From a virus (taxonomy: Duplodnaviria > Caudoviricetes), in the IMG/VR virus record IMGVR_UViG_3300033066_001722, positions 1-64,000 of that record: a DNA stretch of 64,000 nt; one strand, 5' to 3'. The position numbers and the translations under genes were made by a program. Positions within the stretch are counted from its first letter, which is position 1. Each line of letters opens with the position of its first letter. The notes beneath the pieces are model-generated. The model did not search any database, had not been told where the DNA came from, and was given only the letters and a program-made list of their open reading frames with translations. This document shows, one piece after another, positions 8,943 to 18,247 of the stretch.

Positions 8943-10472
8943 CTAGAAGTAGCCCGGTGGGAACTCGTCTGGAGTGTCCTTGATCGTTGCGGCGACCTGC
9001 GCCAGCAGAGCCTGGTCCAGCTGGTGATAGTACTCGGCCTGCAGCATGTCGAGGGTCCCGTCGGCGAAGTACTCCTGGTACTTGGCCTCAAAGTCCTTCT
9101 CGAAGAACCCCTTGTCGGTGACGCCACAGGTCTGGATGTAGTGGTCTGTGAATTTGAAGAACGGGCCAGCAGTCTTGAGGATGCCGAAGTCCCGGAAGAA
9201 CCTGAACCACTCCTTGTGGAGTACCCACAGATCGTCGCCGATATAGGTGATCGCCGTCTCGAAGTCGTGGGTATCCTGACTGGTGCGACTCTTGACGGGT
9301 CGGAACTTGATCTTCAACTCGACAGGGTCTCCCGACTTGTCAAGGACCCACGCCTCTGGGATGATCGCTCCGGTCTTGTCGCGGTCGATCGCCATATGCA
9401 GGACCGTCGTCGTTGCGAAGGTGGTAGCCACCCCTCCGACCTTCGATCCGACGCCACTCTTGTGTGAGATCCCCAGGATGGTCAGACCACGGTCTGAGAA
9501 CTCCGCGAGGTGCCGTCCCCACAGCTCCCGGGTTGTCTTGCCCTTGTCTCCCATCATACCGACCTGATCGGGCTTGTACTTCTCGGTCTCTGTGATATAG
9601 AAGGAGAAGGAGTCAACGATCGCCAGCGCCTCTCGACCTTCGAGGTGGCACTGTCGGCTGATCTTGTCCATCTCCTTGAAGAGAGCTTCGATGTGCGGGA
9701 CCTCCACACCTTCGCTGATCTTCAGCCGTGACAAGTCTACACCGAGTCGGGCAGCCTGCGGAGTCAGGAACCCTCCCATCTCGGAGAGGAAATAGTAGAC
9801 ACGGGTCGGCTGCTGATAGATAGGCAGCACACACCGGCCAGAGGCTAGCGCACCATCGACCGTCCAGCCGGCTCCAGGAGTCCATTCCTGTCCGTTCAGC
9901 TTCCGCAATTGAACGTAGCGGAACTGGTAGGGTGACAGACCCTTCCAGTACTTGATCTTGAACTTCTTCCCCTCCGGGACCTCCTCGACCTCCTCGAGCT
10001 TGGCATCGTCCTGCGCCTTCCGCACATCTGCGTAGACCTTCGGATAGGCTCCCTTGAATGCGTCCATGAACCGCGTCGCGAGGTGGACATGCAGCCATGC
10101 ATCCCGCTTCGACGCCTCGACGTCGTCTGGCACGAGGGCGTACCACTGCGCGTCGACCTCAGGTTTCTCTGGGTGATCGACGTTCAGTGTCCCCTTCGAC
10201 ACAAAGTACTCGAGCTGTTGCGTATTCAGTACCTGGTCCTTCACCGGAAGGTAGGCATGGTGCTGCGCATACTTCACGACGCTCAAGGCGAGCGTTGATT
10301 TGCGATCTCCTGAAGACGCGAACAGTTCGTGTAGTCGAGCACGCTCGAAACCTCGACCCAAGACGGCATCCAGATACGGACTGCCTGTCGTGAGCCATCG
10401 ACTTGGGTCGCTATAGTGCGCTCCGTGAGCTGCCAGGAACTCACGTGCTTTGATCGCTGTAGGGGCTGCCAT
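8943..10472 (-). CDS. RecA/UvsX-like recombinase with an atypical P-loop and about 150-aa insertion
   Basis: WLTTGSPYLDAVLGRG, ELFASSGDRKSTLAL, AARLGVDLSRL, Walker B LAIVDS. Confidence 0.75.
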   Translation of the reverse strand: MAAPTAIKAREFLAAHGAHYSDPSRWLTTGSPYLDAVLGRGFERARLHELFASSGDRKSTLALSVVKYAQHHAYLPVKDQVLNTQQLEYFVSKGTLNVDHPEKPEVDAQWYALVPDDVEASKRDAWLHVHLATRFMDAFKGAYPKVYADVRKAQDDAKLEEVEEVPEGKKFKIKYWKGLSPYQFRYVQLRKLNGQEWTPGAGWTVDGALASGRCVLPIYQQPTRVYYFLSEMGGFLTPQAARLGVDLSRLKISEGVEVPHIEALFKEMDKISRQCHLEGREALAIVDSFSFYITETEKYKPDQVGMMGDKGKTTRELWGRHLAEFSDRGLTILGISHKSGVGSKVGGVATTFATTTVLHMAIDRDKTGAIIPEAWVLDKSGDPVELKIKFRPVKSRTSQDTHDFETAITYIGDDLWVLHKEWFRFFRDFGILKTAGPFFKFTDHYIQTCGVTDKGFFEKDFEAKYQEYFADGTLDMLQAEYYHQLDQALLAQVAATIKDTPDEFPPGYF

Positions 10473-10475
10473 CGT

Positions 10476-10712
10476 TCACTCCTCTGTGGATGGATGTCGC
10501 ATATCGTAGTCTGCGTCTCGTGGAGCACGCAGACGCTGAGGCTCGTCGAAGCGTGCCTCCGTCTTGTTGCTGTGTCGAGGCGAGAGATTGATAAGCCCCT
10601 CCTCGACGATTGCGATGTTCTTTTGGATGTTGGCTTGATCAGCCGCGGTGGTGGGTCGTTTCGCCTTGAGTACAGCCAGACGGGTCCGAAGACCCTCCTC
10701 TCGATTGTCCAT
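10476..10712 (-). CDS. hypothetical protein
   Basis: ATG 10712 is preceded by GGAGGAG; 78 aa. Confidence 0.55.
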   Translation of the reverse strand: MDNREEGLRTRLAVLKAKRPTTAADQANIQKNIAIVEEGLINLSPRHSNKTEARFDEPQRLRAPRDADYDMRHPSTEE

Positions 10713-10740
10713 AGACTCCTCCGAGAGGAGGGACGCGAGG

Positions 10741-12213
10741 CTAGCTCGAGGGTGTGGCCTCTTTGCTCGCCTTCTCACGCTTGAACTTGGCCACAACGCA
10801 TCGGTTCTTGATCATCGACGGGCAGGCGAGGCATTCCGGCGACTGGATCACAGGGAGCAATCCGAAGCAGCGAGGCTGCCCCTTCGTGTCCTTCTCGTTC
10901 GGGTTTCGCCGATCCAGCAGGTAGCCGTCGTCCAAGACGATCGGACGACCAGCCGGAGGCATCGTCGTTGCGTAGTCCGACAAGAGCACGGGATCACCGG
11001 ATAGCGGATAGGTGGCCTGCCCTGTCACAGCCTCCGCAGGAACGTGCACAGGAGCCACAGGAGCAGGCTCCGGCTTGCTTTGGCTCACAGCCTTCGGCTC
11101 CGCCTGGACTTGCTGTTGCTGTGCAGTCTGCGTACTGTTCTGTGATTGCTGCGTGTTCACACTCGGAGGAGCGCTCCCCTCCTTCGGAAGCTCCCCACTG
11201 GATGTGCCCTCCAGGACGCGCTGGACTTCGGCCTTCAGGAAGTCATAGACTTCCTTGCGCTTCGCCTCCGCATCCTTCCCGGTCGTCATCTCCTGGAACA
11301 GCTTCTTGCTTCCCAAGCGGGCTTGCAGCTGGTTGGCGCGATGAATGCGGCGCTTGACCTCCTCATCACCGGCCTGCTGGCCTCCACGATAGAAGTTGAC
11401 GATCTCGATGTCGATCAGCTGGCGTGCCGACAACTGGCCCTTGACGGTGTAGATGCCTGCGTTCCCGCGGTACTCGCGCAGAGGCTCCATCGAGTAGTTG
11501 TTGTACTTGTTGCGATCGTCCTTGACACCGACGATCGCAATCGGATAGCCCGTCCGCGCATGCGTCGGGTCATTGCCAGGCTGCTTGACCCAGTCCTCGA
11601 TGATCTGCGCCATCTTGGGCTTGCCCATGTCGAGCCGGATGAGGTAGACCTCGCCGACCACATAGGGATCACGCTTGCGACGCTCTTGGTCGATCACACC
11701 AGCGCCCTTGCAGCTGGCATTGGAGCAGGACGCGCGCAACTGGACGTTGTCGTAGCAACTGGGGCATGTCGAGGAGTCCTGGTACAGGATCCCTGCTCCC
11801 CACGGTCGAGTGTCGTCGTAGCAGCGCTTCATCAGCGGGTGCTTCCAGACGCTCTTGTCGTCTGCCTTGCCCCAACGGATCAGGAGATCCTTGATCTCCA
11901 TCTTCGCCTTGTTGACAGGGTCGATCTCCTTCGGCAGAACCGGGATCACCAGCAGCTTGCCGTTGCTCCGCTGCAAGCCGACCTTCCGATAGATCCGCTC
12001 GTTGATCATACGGAAGACACCTTCACGCGTGTGGAAGGCCACGAGGCGGATGATGGAACGTCCGAGACCGCTGATGAAGCGCTCGGACTGGAACTCGCGC
12101 TCCTCTTCCTCGGTGGCTGCCTCCGAGGTCTCTGCGTCCAGGTTGATGTCGAACTCTTCGGGAGGCGGAGCATCCGCCTGTGACGGCGCTCCATTCTGGG
12201 TCGTTGTGGTCAT
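10741..12213 (-). CDS. putative ssDNA-binding protein (gp32-like position) with Cys clusters
   Basis: Located next to the recA-like gene; acidic N-terminus; CPSC..CSNASC cluster, low-complexity Q/P/A linker and C-terminal Cys4 motif. The SSB call rests mainly on context. Confidence 0.5.
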   Translation of the reverse strand: MTTTTQNGAPSQADAPPPEEFDINLDAETSEAATEEEEREFQSERFISGLGRSIIRLVAFHTREGVFRMINERIYRKVGLQRSNGKLLVIPVLPKEIDPVNKAKMEIKDLLIRWGKADDKSVWKHPLMKRCYDDTRPWGAGILYQDSSTCPSCYDNVQLRASCSNASCKGAGVIDQERRKRDPYVVGEVYLIRLDMGKPKMAQIIEDWVKQPGNDPTHARTGYPIAIVGVKDDRNKYNNYSMEPLREYRGNAGIYTVKGQLSARQLIDIEIVNFYRGGQQAGDEEVKRRIHRANQLQARLGSKKLFQEMTTGKDAEAKRKEVYDFLKAEVQRVLEGTSSGELPKEGSAPPSVNTQQSQNSTQTAQQQQVQAEPKAVSQSKPEPAPVAPVHVPAEAVTGQATYPLSGDPVLLSDYATTMPPAGRPIVLDDGYLLDRRNPNEKDTKGQPRCFGLLPVIQSPECLACPSMIKNRCVVAKFKREKASKEATPSS

Positions 12214-12244
12214 TTGGAACCTCTGTGGCTTGCATCAGTAGCCA

Positions 12245-12907
12245 CTACGTCTGTTCGTTGCCAACAAGTCGGGCTGCACTCGCCTTCAGCTCGACGGTCA
12301 TAGCGAGTAGGAACGGATGGCGAATCACCCGGTGATCGATGTATTTCTGTAGGATTTTGACAGCATTCTGCGCAGCTGGACGCATACGCAAGTTGCCCAT
12401 CTCGACATTCTCTGCTGCGTACGCCACGACCGCCGACATATCCGCGAAGCGGATGATCTGCCCTGCGAGGTCGTCCGCCTTGGCCTTCGTGACAGCGTCC
12501 AGCCAGCTCTGAGGTAGGCCCACTTTGCGCGCCCATGACGTGAGCAGCCGTATGGCGACGCGGTTGACCTGCTTGTTCAGCGTGGCATCGGCATGCTTGA
12601 ATTGGTGCGGGATGTCTCCCGAGACGACCTCGTCGTAGTCGTGAAGCAGCGCACGAGCCAGTAGATCCCCGAGGTCCAAGTCTGCCGTCGGATCGTAGAC
12701 TCGAAGCTTCAGATAGATCATGTGCGCCGTAGCTGCGACGAAGAACGAATGCTCTGCGACGTTCTCGCGACGCAACACATACTGTGTGCTGTAGCGGTCG
12801 ATCACCGCAAGCCGGCGGTGATCTCCGTTCACGAACTCCTGGACCAGAGCACCAGCGCAATCTCGTAGAGATGTGTCTGTGATCCAATCTGCCATAGGTC
12901 GATTCAT
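12245..12907 (-). CDS. HD-domain 5'-deoxynucleotidase / dNTP triphosphohydrolase (YfbR/DatZ-like)
   Basis: RRENVAEHSFFVA, ALLHDYDEVVSGDIP, IIRFAD. Start at ATG 12907 (ATGA overlap). Confidence 0.88.
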   Translation of the reverse strand: MNRPMADWITDTSLRDCAGALVQEFVNGDHRRLAVIDRYSTQYVLRRENVAEHSFFVAATAHMIYLKLRVYDPTADLDLGDLLARALLHDYDEVVSGDIPHQFKHADATLNKQVNRVAIRLLTSWARKVGLPQSWLDAVTKAKADDLAGQIIRFADMSAVVAYAAENVEMGNLRMRPAAQNAVKILQKYIDHRVIRHPFLLAMTVELKASAARLVGNEQT

Positions 12908-13548
12908 TGCGTCTGCCCCTTCCATGGAGTTCTGATTCCCTGCTTGGCACGCTCCATTGCCTCTAAAAGCAAGGTCGCAGGCCCGACGACAACCTCGTTT
13001 GCGTCACCAGTCAGCATCACGTTGATACGGACTGTCTGGTCAGGTGCATAGAGGATGATCTGGGGTCCTTCATCGATATAGCGCCGTTGACGACGGAGAG
13101 CTGAGGCGTAGCCGATCTCCCAGAGTGTTCCCTCATCTGCATACGCGGGGAAGGCGGACGAGCTCATGACCTCTTGGATCATCTCTTGGAGACTCTCCGC
13201 GGTCCTCAGTCGGACCGATGCACGTACTCCCATCTCGACGCCTATGGCATTCTTCTCTCGGTCTTTGAGTCGATCGACCTCCGACTGAAGGCGCTTGTTG
13301 ATGACATCCTGTGCTCGACGTCCGAGACCTGCGATCTGCGCGATGACGATATCGGCGGACTCAAGTCCTGCGACGTTCGCCTCCCAGACCTTGCCCCGAT
13401 CTTCGGGTGAGGCGTCCTTCGAAAGGACCATGAGCCGACGAGGGCTGATGAGCTCGTACCCTGCACCCTCGATGACCTGCTCGATCTGCTCTACCAGCGC
13501 CAGCTGAGCTGGGTAGAAGAATGGTGCTGCGAGATAGACCTTTGTCAC
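12904..13548 (-). CDS. nucleoside 2-deoxyribosyltransferase / N-glycosidase family protein
   Basis: KVYLAAPFF, ADIVIA, DEGTLWEIGYASAL. Start at GTG 13548 (GTGA overlap). Confidence 0.85.
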   Translation of the reverse strand: MTKVYLAAPFFYPAQLALVEQIEQVIEGAGYELISPRRLMVLSKDASPEDRGKVWEANVAGLESADIVIAQIAGLGRRAQDVINKRLQSEVDRLKDREKNAIGVEMGVRASVRLRTAESLQEMIQEVMSSSAFPAYADEGTLWEIGYASALRRQRRYIDEGPQIILYAPDQTVRINVMLTGDANEVVVGPATLLLEAMERAKQGIRTPWKGQTQ

Positions 13549-14453
13549 TTCTTCCTCCGTTTCTTCATCGACTCTGTGTATTTCTCGATCCCCTTCGTGC
13601 AGATTATCCAATCTGCGGGAGGGTTCAACTGAACGACGCCCCACATTGGCTTCAGCGTCTCATCTCGCATCTCATACTCGCGGCGATTCAAGCCACGGCC
13701 ACCTCGGATCTTGCGAAAGACGTCGTAGAGAGCCGTCAGTGGATCGCTGACTTTGAACTCGGAGATTGAGGTGATGAGACGGTCCAACACCTTGCCCTGG
13801 ACCGGGATCTCAGCCTCGTCTCGATCGAAGGCGATCTCCAAGATCTCGTCGAGTACAGCAGCCTCGATCGTCCCTGGCTCTGCTCGGTTGGGAGACTTGA
13901 TGTCTGCCTGACGTTTCTTGGAAGGTGCAGCCTTCTTGGCTTGCTTGACAGCGTCGATGCGCAGTACTGGGTCCACGCCGTGCGTGCGGAGTGCGCAAGC
14001 GTGAGCGTGTGGACACATCGGAACGCAGATCTCCGAGTCATATTTGTAGTTGCCGAATCCGCCCAAGGTCTCCAGACACTTCGGAGGTGTCGGACTCTGG
14101 TCTGGTCCGAACGCAGAGCCCTTCGGGACAGCGGACAGCCGTAGCCTGTACAGCTGCTCTGGGCTGTACTTCTCGTACGGGAAGACACTCCCTCGCACAC
14201 CGCCAACAGCGGCAATCAGACGATCTGTCTCCGGCGATTGCGGCTCGATTGTCTTGACGAGAGCTCCAATCAGGCCTTCGACGAGAACGTAGTCAATCAC
14301 CTTCAACTTGCCGAAGGGTTCGACAACGCAGTCGGACCCAATCGGGGGAGGAGGATACGGCTTACGGGGAGACTCTCCTGGAGCAGGGTCATTGTCTGAA
14401 TCCCAATCTCCGACGAGCTGTTCTCCTGCCTTGTTGAACACGCGTACTTTCAT
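13545..14453 (-). CDS. hypothetical protein with a Cys4 motif
   Basis: 302-aa ORF coupled to the polymerase stop; PKC...EICVPMCPHAHAC. Confidence 0.7.
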   Translation of the reverse strand: MKVRVFNKAGEQLVGDWDSDNDPAPGESPRKPYPPPPIGSDCVVEPFGKLKVIDYVLVEGLIGALVKTIEPQSPETDRLIAAVGGVRGSVFPYEKYSPEQLYRLRLSAVPKGSAFGPDQSPTPPKCLETLGGFGNYKYDSEICVPMCPHAHACALRTHGVDPVLRIDAVKQAKKAAPSKKRQADIKSPNRAEPGTIEAAVLDEILEIAFDRDEAEIPVQGKVLDRLITSISEFKVSDPLTALYDVFRKIRGGRGLNRREYEMRDETLKPMWGVVQLNPPADWIICTKGIEKYTESMKKRRKK

Positions 14454-17400
14454 GCTACTGCTCCAGCCTGACCGGATCGCCGAATCCAGGCACCGGTATC
14501 GGCGTATTTGTGAGGGTCGAGCTCGATCTTCTGTCCGACCGAGACACCTACGGCGGTATCTGCTTTGAACGGGACATCCAGGTACGGGAAGTCCGAACCG
14601 TCTTCCATGACGAACCGTGTGATCGGCGTCACGTAGTCGATCTCCGGGATTCTCGAGTCGATATAGATCGAGTCGTGTACCGTCATGAAGATGTTCGCCG
14701 CTGGAGGTGCAGGCTCCTCAAGTAGCTGTTCGACAGCTCGAACGATGTCCGAGCGTTCCGCATCGACGGCTCGACGTGCGACGAGATCGATATACTCTGT
14801 CTCCCGCTTCAGAGTCCGAGCGATGACCACGAGATCTCGATTGACCTTGTCTGCACCCTGACCCTGGATCGGATAGTTGACAGGCTTGACAGACTGGTTC
14901 CAGTTCGACTCATTGACAGGTAGAGGGACCTCTCTACCTATCTCCATCACGATCATATGACGCTCGCGAGCGATGCGCTGCTTGCGTAGCTGCCACTCCT
15001 TCACGCCGCTGTACTTGCGGTAGTAGCCGTCAATGATCTTCTGGCAGTAGACGACGAGTTCGTCGAAGTGGACCTCGTACATCGCCTCGACGTCTTGACC
15101 ATCAAGGCCACGAGTCCCCAGGTGGATCCGGAAGTCGGCGGTCGCGACCTTGTGTCCGTGTAGCTCACTTGCTCCGACGCGAGTTCCCCCACAGCTACAG
15201 CGTACTCCCTCGAATTGATGCTGATGGCCGTTCTCTCCTCCGACGACCAACCAGAGTAGAGCCTTCGCTGGATAGCTCGTCTGAACGACCCCGTCGACGA
15301 CCCGGACATAGTCGGAGCGCATCCGCTCGAACAGCTGTTGCGCACAAGACTTCGCAGATCGAAGGTAGAAGATACCGAAGTGGATCATCTTGCAGAAGCG
15401 TCGCTCAGCGTCGTTGACCTTGTCGATAGGTCTGCCGAGAGCGTTGTGTGCAACGACGCGATGAGGATCTGTCCAGAGAGCCCACTGCTTCAGGGTCTCC
15501 TGACGAGAGTACCCCTCCTTGCCGTACTTCGCGAAGATCTGTGCCCAGTCTTGGGGCTTGCTGGGGTTCAACGCTCCGTCTTTGAATATCTGGAGGAGCT
15601 CTCGATCTCCAGAGAGTGCTGCTCCTACACGAAGCTCGAGCTGGGCCTGGTCTGCTTGCACCACGCCTCCGCCTCGAATCTTGTTGAGGACGTCCAGCTG
15701 CTTCTTTGCGTCTTTGCCTGGCTTCCCCGGCTTGTCTAGGTTCGCCGTTGCCTCTCGATGGAAGTTCGTCAGCATCGGAGACGCTGTGTAGTCTGTTGGC
15801 TCAGACCTGAACTTCGAGACGTACATCGACTTCAGACCTTCATCCCATGGGAGCGTATGCCACTCGCTGGTATGCCGGCCTGTCACTGCTGCGTAGGCAT
15901 TGAAGCTGGGATGGATCAACGAGTCTGACGACCGCTTCTCCGGGGCAGGCTTGACATAGACGGAGTAGAGCTTGTGGACATCGTTCTTGTCGAGGATGAT
16001 CGAGGCAAGGTCGTAGATCTCGACGCCCATCTTGGCCATAGCCTGATACTCGACGAGCTTCTTACCACTGGTCGTCGGGATCCTCTGCGTGCAGTTCATC
16101 TTGATCTTTGCACCGACAGGTGGAGCTCGACGCAGGATCAGCTGATCTGCCATCTCCGGAGCCTCCGAGAGGTAGCGGACGACTCTTCCGCTCCATCCGT
16201 TGCCCTGAAGATCGATCTTGAATGCCCGCATTGCTGCGTGGTCCTTGCCTAGGGACCAGGACTTCGTCTTCTCAAGTTCGACCCGGTGCCGAGCTCCTCC
16301 ATGCTCGACCCAGACCTGGTGGTCGAAGGTATAGTCGAGTGGGCTGTCCTTGAGCCCCTTGTTGCGCTTCTGCAACGCGTGGATCGTGAAGACTCGCTGG
16401 ACTCCATCTCCAACGCCGATCTCGATCTCGCTGTACTTGATCTCTCGATTGTACCCGAGGATAGGCCAGCCGAGGACCTTGTAGATAAGCTCCGAGACAC
16501 GTTTGGGTGACTTGTGCTTGAAGCGCGTCTTCACCTTCTCCAGGTAGGTAGGACCATCCTCCGGGACGAACTCGCCGTCGACCTCCTTCCCATGGATCCC
16601 GAAGACCGTCGCATAGTAGGCGATGAAGTCCGGATGGAAGTAGAAGTTCCTCTCCGCCTTCTCGAGTGCAAGACGCAGACGCTCCTCTGCCTTGGCCCAG
16701 GCTTCAAGGTCGAGTGCCATCCCGTTCCGTTTCATCGCTGCAACCTCTGTCATGAGCGGTTGCATGTGGAACTCGTAGAGTTTCCAGATCTTGCCACGCT
16801 GGCGAGCCTTCTTCTCATCCTCCTCCCATGAAGCCAGCGTGACGCACGTGTCGATCGCGTTGTATCGCCCGAGCTTTTTGACCGGGACAACATCGTATGC
16901 GAAGGGATACTTCTTCGTCGTCCTGATCTGGTGCTCAGCAGCGTAGCGTGCCATCTCGACAGAGATGATGTTCTTCCAAGGCCGGTACCCGAGTGCCGCC
17001 CCTAGTTCGTCGAGAGCACCCGGTGACAGAGGGTCGACCGCCTTGTGCAACAGGAAGCTGTCATCGATGTTGTCGAGAGCCTTGCCCCAGAATCTCCAGG
17101 TGAGCTGCCATTCGTAGCCTGCGTTGTGCGCGATCACACGCCTTGCAGCCAGCAGCAAGCGCCAGATAGCATCCATTTTGGCGCGTAGGTACTGTACGGC
17201 AAACTCAATGCGGGAGGCTAGGTCGGCAGCTCTTAGCCTGGCGTTTTCCAGGGCCGTTCCTGTGAGACTGGCGATATCCTCGTTGACTTTTCGCAGTTCC
17301 TCTCGGAGGTAGTAGACTGGTGTTTGCCCTTCTGGGTGCTCCAGAACGACGTAGCGAGCAGCATGACGACCGTGCGCGAACGCTACCGTGAGGAGACGCT

Positions 17401-18247
17401 GATCCGTGCTGTAGAGGTCTTCAGCTCCAGGCGCGTTCTCCATGTCGTAGGCGATCGCCTTGCCTCGGACATAGCGCTCTGTGTAGAGATCGATCTGCTC
17501 GGGAGTCTCCAGCTCCTCGATCTCAAACTCCTCATCGAGGAGTTTGCCAGTCTTGCTGTAGCGTGCTACAGCTTCGAGGTCCTGCTGGACTTGATTGGCG
17601 ACTGTCTGTGCGTTGCTGCTCAGCGCAGCGTACGGGTGGATAGCTGGCATGACCGGGATCCCCCACCGAGATGGATAGACCTGGCCATGGATGTTCGAGA
17701 TGGAGTCTTTGACATCTGGGAGCACTGCCTTTAGGGCTGCAGCGCCAAAGACAACGATTAGTTCAGGCTTCAGCTCCTCGATCAGCTCATTCAACTGACC
17801 TGCGCACGCCTCGAGCTCGCGAGGATCCGGATCACGATTGCTGCCGTCGGGAGAGTAGGGGCGACACTTGCTGATGTTGTCGAGTGAGTACTGACCATGC
17901 AGACCTACACCCTTGAACTGCATGTCTCGCACACGAACGACCTCGCGCTCGCTGGCGTCACAGACTCCTCGGACAAGCTTACCGATGTCTCCTCCGAAGG
18001 GCTCGCCCTTATCTTCACGTCCAGGTGCGATACCGAGGAAAAGGATTTTGTTGCCTCGACGCCAAGGAGGCACTCGTAGAGAGGATTTGAAGAGTGGACA
18101 GGTCGTGCAGCCCTTGTGGAAATCGTCTGGACCAGCCTTACGACGGCCTTGACCGAGGCTGAGACGTGCTGCTGGGATCAGCTTCGAGAGCATAGCAGCG
18201 TTCTCGCTGATATGCTCGTCGCGGTTCTTCCAGTTGCCCTGACTCAT
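14450..18247 (-). CDS. polA: family A DNA polymerase with N-terminal uracil-DNA glycosylase-like (Fe-S) domain and 3'-5' exonuclease
   Basis: UDG part: CTTC, GIAPG, NISKCRP, HPYAAL. Exonuclease: YDME, HNAGYE, YNAID. Polymerase motifs: A ADQAQLELR, B RRFCKMIHFGIFY, C MTVHDSI. Confidence 0.95.
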   Translation of the reverse strand: MSQGNWKNRDEHISENAAMLSKLIPAARLSLGQGRRKAGPDDFHKGCTTCPLFKSSLRVPPWRRGNKILFLGIAPGREDKGEPFGGDIGKLVRGVCDASEREVVRVRDMQFKGVGLHGQYSLDNISKCRPYSPDGSNRDPDPRELEACAGQLNELIEELKPELIVVFGAAALKAVLPDVKDSISNIHGQVYPSRWGIPVMPAIHPYAALSSNAQTVANQVQQDLEAVARYSKTGKLLDEEFEIEELETPEQIDLYTERYVRGKAIAYDMENAPGAEDLYSTDQRLLTVAFAHGRHAARYVVLEHPEGQTPVYYLREELRKVNEDIASLTGTALENARLRAADLASRIEFAVQYLRAKMDAIWRLLLAARRVIAHNAGYEWQLTWRFWGKALDNIDDSFLLHKAVDPLSPGALDELGAALGYRPWKNIISVEMARYAAEHQIRTTKKYPFAYDVVPVKKLGRYNAIDTCVTLASWEEDEKKARQRGKIWKLYEFHMQPLMTEVAAMKRNGMALDLEAWAKAEERLRLALEKAERNFYFHPDFIAYYATVFGIHGKEVDGEFVPEDGPTYLEKVKTRFKHKSPKRVSELIYKVLGWPILGYNREIKYSEIEIGVGDGVQRVFTIHALQKRNKGLKDSPLDYTFDHQVWVEHGGARHRVELEKTKSWSLGKDHAAMRAFKIDLQGNGWSGRVVRYLSEAPEMADQLILRRAPPVGAKIKMNCTQRIPTTSGKKLVEYQAMAKMGVEIYDLASIILDKNDVHKLYSVYVKPAPEKRSSDSLIHPSFNAYAAVTGRHTSEWHTLPWDEGLKSMYVSKFRSEPTDYTASPMLTNFHREATANLDKPGKPGKDAKKQLDVLNKIRGGGVVQADQAQLELRVGAALSGDRELLQIFKDGALNPSKPQDWAQIFAKYGKEGYSRQETLKQWALWTDPHRVVAHNALGRPIDKVNDAERRFCKMIHFGIFYLRSAKSCAQQLFERMRSDYVRVVDGVVQTSYPAKALLWLVVGGENGHQHQFEGVRCSCGGTRVGASELHGHKVATADFRIHLGTRGLDGQDVEAMYEVHFDELVVYCQKIIDGYYRKYSGVKEWQLRKQRIARERHMIVMEIGREVPLPVNESNWNQSVKPVNYPIQGQGADKVNRDLVVIARTLKRETEYIDLVARRAVDAERSDIVRAVEQLLEEPAPPAANIFMTVHDSIYIDSRIPEIDYVTPITRFVMEDGSDFPYLDVPFKADTAVGVSVGQKIELDPHKYADTGAWIRRSGQAGAVA

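Noticed and set aside
11146-12183. 345-aa plus-strand ORF and the many other plus-strand ORFs
   Set aside because: All lie opposite well-supported minus-strand genes in GC-rich DNA and lack motifs.
8943-18247. Inteins or introns in RecA, PolA or NrdJ
   Set aside because: The insertions lack splice-junction residues and homing endonuclease motifs, and the reading frames are continuous.
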